This document shows positions 55,678-64,000 of a stretch of 64,000 nt of DNA, in pieces; positions within the stretch are counted from its first letter, which is position 1; every line of letters starts with the position of its first letter. The notes below the pieces were generated by a model. The model was not told the origin of the DNA. It searched no databases and saw only the letters and a program-made list of their open reading frames with translations. Source of the DNA: Verrucomicrobiales bacterium. GTDB taxonomy: Bacteria > Verrucomicrobiota > Verrucomicrobiia > Verrucomicrobiales > V1-33. The DNA lies in NCBI GenBank assembly GCA_031411295.1, contig JANOAV010000072.1, forward strand, positions 15,103 to 79,102, in the 5' to 3' direction. The translations under genes were made by a program, and so were the position numbers.

Positions 55678-57219
55678 TTAACCAACGAGTCGCTTACTCG
55701 TGGCGGCATCCACCACTTCGCACAGGCGATAACCATCGCCCTGCTTGGGCAGGGTGGCGAGGAAGGATTCCCGCAGTTCGGCGGTGGGGAAATCCAATCC
55801 GATTAGCGCGCGACCGATGCGCTCGCCTGATTGACGATAGTTGAAGTAACACATGCTGGCTTTGCCCCGCAGGCGCTGATCCAGGAAGTCATGCAGCGCG
55901 CCGGGACGTTCGTAGAAATCCAGCCGCAGAAACACCGGGTTGACCAACAGATCCCCGCGCAGCGGAATCGCACGGAAAGCAATGTCAGTGGCCCCGGTGA
56001 GATCTTCCCAGAGGAACCCATGCGCGTCCAATTTGGCAGGCAATGCCTCCACGAGCGCAGGATCATCCGCACTGATGGTGAAGGCGGGCCAGGCTTCGTC
56101 CGCGTGATTCTTGCCATATTGGAAATCAGCAATGTTCAGCCCAGCGAAACAAGCATCCAGCAACCCTAGCATGGTTCCCTCGCGCTCGGGAATGCGCACG
56201 CGAATCGTGCGACTCTTCTGATTACTGGCTCCGGCGGATTGGGCAATCAGACCAAGCTGAAGGAAATCAACATTGGCTCCGCAGAGAATCACTAACACCC
56301 GTTGACCGATCAACTGCATCCGGTTCTTCAACACCGCCGCCAAGCCCATGGCCCCAGAGGGTTCGGACACACAACGCAGCCCTTCCCACAGGGTGCGGAT
56401 GGCGTGGCTGACTTCAGCATTTGTTACCGTCTCCACGCGCTTGAGCGTTTCCCGGCAAACAGCAAACGGCAGCTCGCCAGCACGTCGCACGGCCGTGCCA
56501 TCACAGAAGAGGTCCACATGCTCCAGCGTAACGGGTTCGCCTGCGGCCAGCGCAGCCTTCATCGAGGCTTGGCCCACGCCTTCCACGCCGATGCATTCAA
56601 TCTGCGGCCAGTAGGTCTTCAACCAATTGGAAACACCTGCCGCCATCCCGCCACCGCCGATTTGTAAATAGACCGCATCAAAAGGACCGTGCCCCGAGAG
56701 CACCACTTCATCCGCCATGGTGCCCTGACCAGCCATGACCATGAGATCATCGTAAGCATGAACGTAAACCGCTCCGCTGGTGGCTTGATCAAGTTTCGCG
56801 GCAGCCACCGCTTCATCGTAGCTGTCACCTACTAGCATGATCTCAACAAACTCACCACCATGAGTCTTTACCGCCGTCTGCTTCACCTTCGGGGTGGAAC
56901 GGGGCATGTAGATGCGTGCGTGAATTCCCAGACGTTCGGCTGCCAGGGCCACTCCCTGCGCGTGATTTCCGGCGGAGGCCGTCACCACGCCCCGGGCTGA
57001 TTCTTCCGCCGTGAGCACGGCCATCCGATTGCAAGCGCCCCGCCATTTGTAAGCTTTGATGGGGGATAAATCCTCGCGTTTCACCCAGATCTCCGGCCCG
57101 GCCCCAGCCAAGGGCAGGCGCTCTAGCGGAGTCGGTTGGCCGAAACGATAGACTCGCTCCCTGGCAAATAATATTTGCTGGCGGAGCCGGCGTTCAAGCG
57201 GTTGTTCAGTCTGGTCCAT
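55678..57219 (-). CDS. ilvA: Threonine ammonia-lyase (biosynthetic type with regulatory domain)
   Basis: KREDL.P.KAYKWRGA.N, ASAGNHAQGVA, IGGGG, FCDGTAV, CGAN, PER.G regulatory repeats. Confidence 0.88.
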   Translation of the reverse strand: MDQTEQPLERRLRQQILFARERVYRFGQPTPLERLPLAGAGPEIWVKREDLSPIKAYKWRGACNRMAVLTAEESARGVVTASAGNHAQGVALAAERLGIHARIYMPRSTPKVKQTAVKTHGGEFVEIMLVGDSYDEAVAAAKLDQATSGAVYVHAYDDLMVMAGQGTMADEVVLSGHGPFDAVYLQIGGGGMAAGVSNWLKTYWPQIECIGVEGVGQASMKAALAAGEPVTLEHVDLFCDGTAVRRAGELPFAVCRETLKRVETVTNAEVSHAIRTLWEGLRCVSEPSGAMGLAAVLKNRMQLIGQRVLVILCGANVDFLQLGLIAQSAGASNQKSRTIRVRIPEREGTMLGLLDACFAGLNIADFQYGKNHADEAWPAFTISADDPALVEALPAKLDAHGFLWEDLTGATDIAFRAIPLRGDLLVNPVFLRLDFYERPGALHDFLDQRLRGKASMCYFNYRQSGERIGRALIGLDFPTAELRESFLATLPKQGDGYRLCEVVDAATSKRLVG

Positions 57220-57265
57220 GATGCCTCAGGGGTAGTGGCAGGACCAACGTTTGCAAATGGATCTG

Positions 57266-58567
57266 CTAAGACTTTTCCTCGGTCAGCACCTCATAAGCTC
57301 GATCGATGGCCCCACGCAGAATCCAAGCGCGCTGACGCACCGAACTTTCCGCCCGAGCTTCCTTCAGCGAACCCGCCAGTTCCTTGCGGAAAGCCTCGGG
57401 GACGCTGGCCAGGCTGCGGAGGGATTCGCAGGTGAGTTCATAAAGCGCAGCACATCCCGCCACTTCTCCGCTGTTGAATAAAGGCACGCCTCTTTTGATG
57501 GCGAGTTCGATCAAGCCCACTGCACTCAGCGGTTCCGCGATCGTTTTGGCCGGGATGAGAACCTGATCAATGACATGAATGATGCCATTGGAGGCCGCAA
57601 TGTCGGCCTTAATTAAAGAGGCGGCTCCAATCTTCACGCGGCCATCTTCAAAGCGAATGGCCACTTTGGACCCTTGTAGCGTGGGTCCTTCGCGAAGTTC
57701 CAAGGCCTTGGCCAAGGATACTTTACCGGCTATCACATGATATTTGAGGATCTCCACTAACTGCGCACGGTTTTCTGGTTTCAGCAGCGATTCCACGGTT
57801 CCGGCTGGAAGTTTGGCGAACGCTTCATCGGTGGGCGCGAAGACAGTGAACGGCCCCTCACTCGCAAGCACGCCAGCTAGTTCGGCAGTGGTGGCCGCAG
57901 CCAGCAACGTTTTGAATCCACCCGCCGCTTTGGCAATATCGACGATGGTTTTTCCACCGACGGCCTCCACTGCGGGGGTCTCGTCTGCGGATGCTTTCAC
58001 CGAGGCAATTTCCAATTCGAAGGCACCAGCTTTCTTGTCGGCTAAGGTGAATCCAATGGAGGCCACGGACGCGGGATCCAGTGGCTTGATCGGGAGTTCC
58101 CGACCGAAGGCCTGCAATTTAAAATCTGCCAGCGGCACCCGCACTTCTTTCCATTCGCCCGCCGTCGTCGGCAGGTAGGCGCGGTAAGAACTGGCGGCCA
58201 TTTGGTCCTTGGCCCGCAGGTCGATCCAGTAGGTGCGTCCATCTCCCTTGGCCTTCACGACCAGCGTGTTGGTGCCAGATAAATCTAGATCCGTTGGTTT
58301 CATCCGGATTGAAGCAAAGCCGCCATTGTTTTCGAGGGAAAGCTCTCCCTTAAACAGCAGCGTTCCTTGGTCGGAGCGCGTGAATCCGCCTTTGGAAACG
58401 CCACCCATGACCCCGTCGTTGACGGAAGTCCAGGACTTGAGCACATCATCGCTTTCGAACGAAGCCACGATTTTCTCCGCTGCTGAGAGCGATGCTTGGG
58501 TAAGCAGGGCAGCAAGCATCAGGGCGCTGAAGCGGTTCGGTTTAGGAAATGAAATCATGGCTGGCAT
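57266..58567 (-). CDS. CIA30 (NDUFAF1-like) + fasciclin domain protein
   Basis: WTSVNDGVMGGVS...SLENNGGFASIR, KGDGRTY; GPFTVFAPTDEAFAKLP, ILKYHV, NGIIHVIDQVL. Confidence 0.88.
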   Translation of the reverse strand: MPAMISFPKPNRFSALMLAALLTQASLSAAEKIVASFESDDVLKSWTSVNDGVMGGVSKGGFTRSDQGTLLFKGELSLENNGGFASIRMKPTDLDLSGTNTLVVKAKGDGRTYWIDLRAKDQMAASSYRAYLPTTAGEWKEVRVPLADFKLQAFGRELPIKPLDPASVASIGFTLADKKAGAFELEIASVKASADETPAVEAVGGKTIVDIAKAAGGFKTLLAAATTAELAGVLASEGPFTVFAPTDEAFAKLPAGTVESLLKPENRAQLVEILKYHVIAGKVSLAKALELREGPTLQGSKVAIRFEDGRVKIGAASLIKADIAASNGIIHVIDQVLIPAKTIAEPLSAVGLIELAIKRGVPLFNSGEVAGCAALYELTCESLRSLASVPEAFRKELAGSLKEARAESSVRQRAWILRGAIDRAYEVLTEEKS

Positions 58568-58750
58568 AAGGCTGGTGGTTGGAGTTGGGACGTCGGCCCG
58601 GTGGCGGTTTCTCCGCCTTCGGCCTGCGTCATATTCGCTTGCCAGCAAACCTTGGATGCCAGAATCGCGATTAATTGAACCTGCAAGCGGCTATCAGCAA
58701 CAGCTTCTCGCTTCCAACCTTTCCTTCAAGCTGCGTAGCCGCAACAAAAT

Positions 58751-58841
58751 GTGGCGGGGGCATTTTGCCCCCTAGCCCAGGGCCCCGCATCCAACCCTAC
58801 CCAGCATGATCCAAGGCTAGGGGGCAGCATGCCCCCGCCAC
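58751..58841. repeat. Intergenic REP doublet
   Basis: GTGGCGGGGGCATTTTGCCCCCTAGCC / GGCTAGGGGGCAGCATGCCCCCGCCAC, 25/27 complementary. Confidence 0.9.
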
Positions 58842-58876
58842 ACTTCAGAGGCCGTTTGTGGGCTAACATTCCCCAG

Positions 58877-60292
58877 CTACTTGGTGGCTGCGGATTGCAG
58901 TTTCAACCGCCCGGCAATCGCTCCTTGATACGCTGGGAGCTTGACTTCGCGCACGCCACCGCCTGCAACTTCTTCGGACCCGAGCAACTTGCCCGTCTTG
59001 GGATCCACCCATTGCACCTGCCAGTTGCCTGCGGTCAATTCTACTTTCAGGGCCTTAGCGACTGGTTCTGCGACCCGCAAATACAGCGCCATTGCTTTGC
59101 CCGGTGCCACCAAGGCTTGCACGCCTCCCTGCGGGGAGATGCCGCCTTTGATGAAGGAAGTATCCGGTTTCATGTGAATGAAATCCACGCTGTCCATGAA
59201 CTCGCGCAGGACCTTCAGTTGCTTGCGGAAGCCAGGATTGCCCCCACCGGGTTGCGTGTTAGGATAGACAAACGTCCCGTCTTCATGGCCCGCCGTAAAT
59301 GAATAGTCCAGATTATTGAACAGCCCGCCTCCAGCCAGCAGAAACTCCCAGGCCTCCGTGAGATAAGGGGCGTCAGCGGTGCCTTTGAAGCCCGTTTCAT
59401 CATCCCCGATCACTTTGTTGAGGTGATAGTTTGTGCCAACGGCATCGGGCGGAGTGGCATAGTGGAAATTGAAGATGGAGACGGCAGGATGCGGAGCGGT
59501 GATCTTGGCAGTATTATTCGCGATGTTCTGCGCGATCAAATGCTGCTGCGGCATGGCCTGCTCTGTAGCCACGATGACGTCTGCGATGTGGTGCTGCCAG
59601 TCCATCGTCACCCCGCCAAAATACGGTTCATTGCAGATTTCAAAGATCACATTGTCGCACGGATTCAATTCCGTGACGATTTTCCTAACTAGAGCTTCCT
59701 GGAATGGCAGCAAGCCGCCGTGGTGCTCCATGGTGTGCACGGCATGACCAGCAATGGCCCCTACTTGATTGATGTTATTGCTCTGGTTCATCGGGCTCAA
59801 TTTCCACTGCATGTCTTCATACATCGGGCAGAAGAGGCTGACCTCCACCACCACGCCCTGCTTCCCCGCCAGAGTGACGAAGTCCTTGAGTCGCTTAAAA
59901 TACAGCTCGTCCCACTTGGAGAGATCGAATTTGTTCCCTCCGTGAGCATAGCCCGCTTGATCGCTCCGAGCCCACGGGCAGAGAAACTTACCCGCCTCCG
60001 GAGCCAGGGTATTGCGGGCAATATTGAAGGCTCCCTGGGGCTCCACATAAGCACCACTGAAGATCCGGGTGTAGTTCAGTCCGTCTGCCGCCAGGGCGGG
60101 CAAATACTTCGCATAGTCGAACTCAGGATTCAGCACCGCCCCGTAATGCTCCCCGGAAGTGACGATCACCGTGGGTTTCCCCCGCCAGAGGAAATAATGC
60201 GGGTTGTCAGGATGCAGCGCAATGGGATCGGCCACGAGGCCTGTGGTCAGGGCGAGCATGGCTGTGAGCGAGGTGCGGAGTGGCTTTGTCAT
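58877..60292 (-). CDS. Secreted glycoside hydrolase (GH5/cellulase-like TIM barrel)
   Basis: Signal peptide; NPHYFL.RGKP, YFKRL, FEICNEP acid/base, NFHYA, GDDETG nucleophile-like. Confidence 0.75.
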   Translation of the reverse strand: MTKPLRTSLTAMLALTTGLVADPIALHPDNPHYFLWRGKPTVIVTSGEHYGAVLNPEFDYAKYLPALAADGLNYTRIFSGAYVEPQGAFNIARNTLAPEAGKFLCPWARSDQAGYAHGGNKFDLSKWDELYFKRLKDFVTLAGKQGVVVEVSLFCPMYEDMQWKLSPMNQSNNINQVGAIAGHAVHTMEHHGGLLPFQEALVRKIVTELNPCDNVIFEICNEPYFGGVTMDWQHHIADVIVATEQAMPQQHLIAQNIANNTAKITAPHPAVSIFNFHYATPPDAVGTNYHLNKVIGDDETGFKGTADAPYLTEAWEFLLAGGGLFNNLDYSFTAGHEDGTFVYPNTQPGGGNPGFRKQLKVLREFMDSVDFIHMKPDTSFIKGGISPQGGVQALVAPGKAMALYLRVAEPVAKALKVELTAGNWQVQWVDPKTGKLLGSEEVAGGGVREVKLPAYQGAIAGRLKLQSAATK

Positions 60293-60489
60293 GAGTGATG
60301 GGGATTTCGAATTTAAGCGTAGTGCAGAATAAATCTAAGACCCAAGTCCTTTCGCAAATGCTGGAGGGGTCTATCGCTGAGTCGAGGCGATTAATTCACT
60401 CAAGCACGGGGACGGTGAAATTACTACGTGCCTAACTTCCGGCGGAACCCCGCCCGAACATCGTCGGCGGAAACTTAAGACTGTCGCGA

Positions 60490-60658
60490 TAGCGTCCTGG
60501 AGTGCGGCGGGAAGGCTTTGCGCCACGCCGCTTTCGATCTCTTGGTGCTCGCGGTGCCTTGCCTACTGCAGCCACAGTTTGCTCTCAATGACACTTCGAT
60601 TTTACGTTCCCACACACCCACAGGATCTCTGAGCTCTCTGCGTCCTCTGTGGTTAAAC
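60490..60658. repeat. Degenerate REP-like motifs
   Basis: AGCGTCCTGGAGTGCGGCGG...CGCCGCTTTCG, and the short-period CTCTGAGCTCTCTGCGTCCTCTGTGGTTAAA. Confidence 0.5.
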
Positions 60659-60825
60659 TCCGTCAAGCCAACACCGCGCCAACACAAAATGCATCAGGCG
60701 CAATCAGTCAGGCCAAGTCCCCCTGAATCCTCTGGGCTTGTTCAACCACTACCGCAGTTGCTGGCTCGATCAGCTTCCACCTGGAGAGTCACCTCATACG
60801 GCCTTTATTGTTCGGAATCGTAATA

Positions 60826-61260
60826 TCAATCCCACCATACAGCAACTAGACGGAAACCGTCTGGAATCTGTGCGAGGTCGGGAAACTTGGTAAGGTCGCT
60901 CTCATCCCAAGCGTCAGACACCTCCAAATCATAGAACCAACCGCGAACGGCCTCCAGACTCGAGCTAGTGACGACGTAAACAGAGTCACTGCCAATCCAC
61001 GAGTCCTCAAACTCCTCGGCATCGGCGTAGTCGTAAAAGCGAATAAACACCATCAATACATTGGGCCGCTGACCAACCTCTCGCAAGCGAGCAGCAAAGT
61101 GCAATGTGGTGAAAGGTCCGACATTAGCGCACACGCTACAGTGCTTGTCATCGTAGCCGTCGAAATACAAATCTGGGGCTATCAGTATCTCGCCATCGTT
61201 GGCTGTCTGGCGCTGCTTGATGTGCTCGATGAGCGACTTCTTCTTGGCTTGGTCGATCAT
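60826..61260 (-). CDS. Hypothetical acidic protein (144 aa)
   Basis: Protein-like ORF with AGGAG Shine-Dalgarno upstream; ends LVAVWWD. Confidence 0.7.
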   Translation of the reverse strand: MIDQAKKKSLIEHIKQRQTANDGEILIAPDLYFDGYDDKHCSVCANVGPFTTLHFAARLREVGQRPNVLMVFIRFYDYADAEEFEDSWIGSDSVYVVTSSSLEAVRGWFYDLEVSDAWDESDLTKFPDLAQIPDGFRLVAVWWD

Positions 61261-61407
61261 GGCGTGTGACTCCTAGCTGGTTGATCACCGACAGGTTTGT
61301 CGGTTATTGCGCGGGGTAGTGATTTCATAGCGGGATTTTGGTAGGATTTAGCCGTAGAGGCGCGTGGTCGTCAACGTTAATGTCCATTTCGCTCGGAAGT
61401 GCGCGTG

Positions 61408-61491
61408 GGGCTTTGCAAGTTCTACCATCATGATAGGGAAACAGACCCTGCTAAGCACGACCTATGCATGCGTGAAGGGCTTGCAAAGCCC
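61408..61491. repeat. Intergenic inverted repeat (REP-like)
   Basis: GGGCTTTGCAAG (61408-61419) / CTTGCAAAGCCC (61480-61491). Confidence 0.6.
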
Positions 61492-61550
61492 TCCTCCTTA
61501 ATCGTGCGCAAACCGGTCAGGCGGAGATCTCACCAGAATCTGGACCCAAC

Positions 61551-62369
61551 TCATGGCTGCGCAGTGTGCTTCAGGATGAAATCCACGACCGGCTTTGGAT
61601 CGTCCAGACCGTGCGGGTGGTGGCTGACTCCGGGTTTGTGAATGATTTGCACCTCACCTCCCAGCTGTAGATACCGTTGTTGGATGAGCAGCGAATTCTT
61701 GGCTGGAGGCACAATATCATCCGCGTCACCAATGACGTGAATGAGCGCCACCTTCTCCTTGGCCAGCGGAGCGAGTGTGTCCACCGGGTTGCCACGGAAC
61801 GCTAGCGCCTCGGCATCATCTTTGAATCCGTAGGCCTTGGTTAAGTTGGCCCATTCCGTTGCGCTACCTTTACCGTAACCCTCCACGCCGCGCACCGTTC
61901 GGATATCACACAGCGGGGCGTCGCCATAAATGACTGCCACCGCCTCCGGACGCTCCGCAGCGAAACGATATGCATAGAGACCACCCCGACTCAGGCCGAT
62001 CAACGCGGCTCGCTTCGCCAACCCCTGCGCGATGAGGGCATTATAGAAGGCCTTGAAATGTTTCACGGCATCGGGGCCGCCGAAGGTATTGCCCACTCTA
62101 ATGTGGACGTGATGGAAACCTGCCGCCAACAATTGCAGTGAGGCGCACCGCTCCGTGAAGGCATCGGGGAACTCCATGCACCACGACCACGGCAGGCCCG
62201 GCCGCGCCAACTTCGGATCAACCACCCATGCCTCACAACCGTCGATCTTGAATTGATGGCGCTTGAAGCCATGCCACTCGTCCAGCGTTTCCCCCGGAAA
62301 GGAAACATCGGCAAGGGCGTGGCTCCCCAGGAGCGCGATGAATGCCAGTAAGGTGAGGATTTGTTTCAT
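61551..62369 (-). CDS. Secreted alpha/beta hydrolase
   Basis: Signal peptide MKQILTLLAFIALLGSHALA, GLSRGG, IYGDAP, GDADDIVP, HHPHG; the first 209 aa of the track ORF overlap the upstream gene and are not used. Confidence 0.85.
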   Translation of the reverse strand: MKQILTLLAFIALLGSHALADVSFPGETLDEWHGFKRHQFKIDGCEAWVVDPKLARPGLPWSWCMEFPDAFTERCASLQLLAAGFHHVHIRVGNTFGGPDAVKHFKAFYNALIAQGLAKRAALIGLSRGGLYAYRFAAERPEAVAVIYGDAPLCDIRTVRGVEGYGKGSATEWANLTKAYGFKDDAEALAFRGNPVDTLAPLAKEKVALIHVIGDADDIVPPAKNSLLIQQRYLQLGGEVQIIHKPGVSHHPHGLDDPKPVVDFILKHTAQP

Positions 62370-62419
62370 GTTATGTTTGTGCTGGTTGGTTTGAGCAGTC
62401 CAGCGGACTGCGCCACATT

Positions 62420-63799
62420 CTAACGCCCCGTCTTCTCCAGCAATCGCGCCCGATCTGCTTCGCTGAGGCGCGTGGATTGTTGGACCCAAGCGCGGGCGGC
62501 TTTCGGATCCTTTTTGAGCCATGCTTCGACGAGGCCGTTGGTGCCTTCTGAGCGTTTCTCGGGCGATTGCACGGTGGCGGCCCATTCCATGGCGGACTCG
62601 GGTTCGGTCTCGATGAGTTTCAGCGCGAGGACCAAGGATCCTTGATCTCGGGCGGCTCCCACGGGTTGTTTGACCAACCAAGCGCTGGCAGCTTCGGGGG
62701 ATTGATCCATCCAGGAACTCATGATGGAACCAACGGCGGAAGCCTTGCTGGAGGAATCGGGCAGGGCTTCCACTAACGGCACCACGGCGGAGAAATTCTT
62801 TTCGCCCGCTCCGGAAGCCAGTCCTTGGATGGCGGATGCTTTCTGCTCGCCCTGTAATGAGGAAATGGCGTTCATGGCTGCCGGGAAGTCTTTTTCGGCC
62901 CAGGCGCGGCAGGAGGTTTCGAGGCCGTTGCCGGATAAGTTTGCGGGAAGTTCCCGGGCCCAATTGAATGCCTTGTCTGGCTCCGTGCGAGCCCATCCCG
63001 CCGTCATGGCCGTGACGAACTCTGGGGCCTTGGCGAGGTCGGCATTGGCTGCGAGAAGTTTGCCAGCCTTGACGGAATCATAATGGGACAGGGTTTGCAG
63101 CGCCCCATGCGCGACTTCGTCGGTAAAGTCCGCCTTCAATCCCCGCAACCAACGGAAGGTGCCCTCGGCATCCGTTTTGACCATTTCGCGAACCATGCCT
63201 TCAGCCGCAGCCTTGGCGCTTTCGGTGTTTTCCAACAGGGTATGCTGCTCAAAGTAAGCCTTGGCGGCATCCGGGTCTCGGGCGGCCCAGTTGCGCAGCA
63301 CACTGAGATAAAAGTCACTCTTGGCATCCTCTTTGGTCAGCGCGGCAAGCACGGTCCCGGGATCGTGGCCCGACACGTGATCGACCACAATTTCGACCGA
63401 TGCCATCAGCGCGAGGATCCCTCCCATTTGATCCTGCTGCTCCTGATCCTCTCCATACTGTTTGATGCTGGCCATGAAACGAATCACTTCATCCGTGGTC
63501 ATGGCGTTGAGTAGTTCTCGCAGGGCGGCGGTGCGGGTGGCGACATCCCGCAGCCGGAGAATCGCACGGAAGTCTGCGGCCGGATCACCTGATGGTTTGA
63601 ACTTGGCGCTGCCCTTGGATGAGCCGGGGGCTGAGCCTGAAGTGGAGCCTTCGGCCGAAACGACATTGGCCGTCGGACCTCCGTAGTTGCCAGTGGTGCC
63701 GACCCTGCGAAGGGCCAATTGCCAGCCCACCGCCACACCCAGTGCTCCTCCGAGCACAAACGCGGAGGCGATCCATGTTGTTTTTCCAGGGTGATTCAT
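62420..63799 (-). CDS. Hypothetical membrane-anchored alpha-helical repeat protein
   Basis: N-terminal TM, repeated WA..DP..A..W units. Confidence 0.75.
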   Translation of the reverse strand: MNHPGKTTWIASAFVLGGALGVAVGWQLALRRVGTTGNYGGPTANVVSAEGSTSGSAPGSSKGSAKFKPSGDPAADFRAILRLRDVATRTAALRELLNAMTTDEVIRFMASIKQYGEDQEQQDQMGGILALMASVEIVVDHVSGHDPGTVLAALTKEDAKSDFYLSVLRNWAARDPDAAKAYFEQHTLLENTESAKAAAEGMVREMVKTDAEGTFRWLRGLKADFTDEVAHGALQTLSHYDSVKAGKLLAANADLAKAPEFVTAMTAGWARTEPDKAFNWARELPANLSGNGLETSCRAWAEKDFPAAMNAISSLQGEQKASAIQGLASGAGEKNFSAVVPLVEALPDSSSKASAVGSIMSSWMDQSPEAASAWLVKQPVGAARDQGSLVLALKLIETEPESAMEWAATVQSPEKRSEGTNGLVEAWLKKDPKAARAWVQQSTRLSEADRARLLEKTGR

Positions 63800-64000
63800 A
63801 GGCTTTGGTTCAACGTTCTCAGACGTTGAACCTGTAGCGTAGTTTCATCAGAATAGGAACCGAAATGTGGGCTGCCTGATCAGGACTGCGTTCGCTGCCT
63901 TGATTCTGATGGCTGCGGGATGGTGGATTTACCGCAGAGAGCGCAGTGATTCGCAGAGGCTGAGGGGCCGAGCGCGTGGTGAACAGGGAATCGTTGCTTT

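Noticed and set aside
61551..62996. 481-aa hydrolase as given in the ORF track
   Set aside because: The first 209 aa overlap the upstream gene out of frame; a signal peptide begins at 62369.
1..64000. tRNA, rRNA, riboswitch, prophage or IS
   Set aside because: None recognised by eye; covariance-model searches (tRNAscan-SE, Infernal/Rfam) would be needed to exclude small RNAs.

Overview
GC-rich bacterial chromosomal segment, most likely Verrucomicrobiota (inferred from the gene families and intergenic palindrome types, not from a database search). It holds about 38 CDS: housekeeping genes (glyQS, ilvA, ppk2, parB, cysteine desulfurase, prenyltransferase) and many secreted or carbohydrate-active proteins. 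No rRNA, tRNA, CRISPR array, transposase, integrase or reverse transcriptase was recognised. Two regions stand out. (1) 10236-17662 (minus) is a tightly coupled three-gene candidate anti-phage operon: a PtuA-like ABC/AAA ATPase, a PtuB-like HNH nuclease and a 1704-aa NLR-like protein (metallophosphoesterase-NACHT-pentapeptide-WD40). Its eight near-identical 129-bp WD40 repeats vary mainly at the positions known to be hypervariable in fungal HET-E receptors, suggesting a Septu-like effector paired with an NLR sensor instead of a retron. (2) 34878-43700 (minus) is a 2940-aa BlaR1/M56 sensor whose extracellular modules are separated by four homologous, in-phase, translated REP-doublet linkers. 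Some linker arms match an intergenic REP at 58751, and two linkers look like reciprocal recombinants, which suggests a REP-mediated in-frame domain-shuffling system. All family assignments come from motif recognition by eye; no searches were run.
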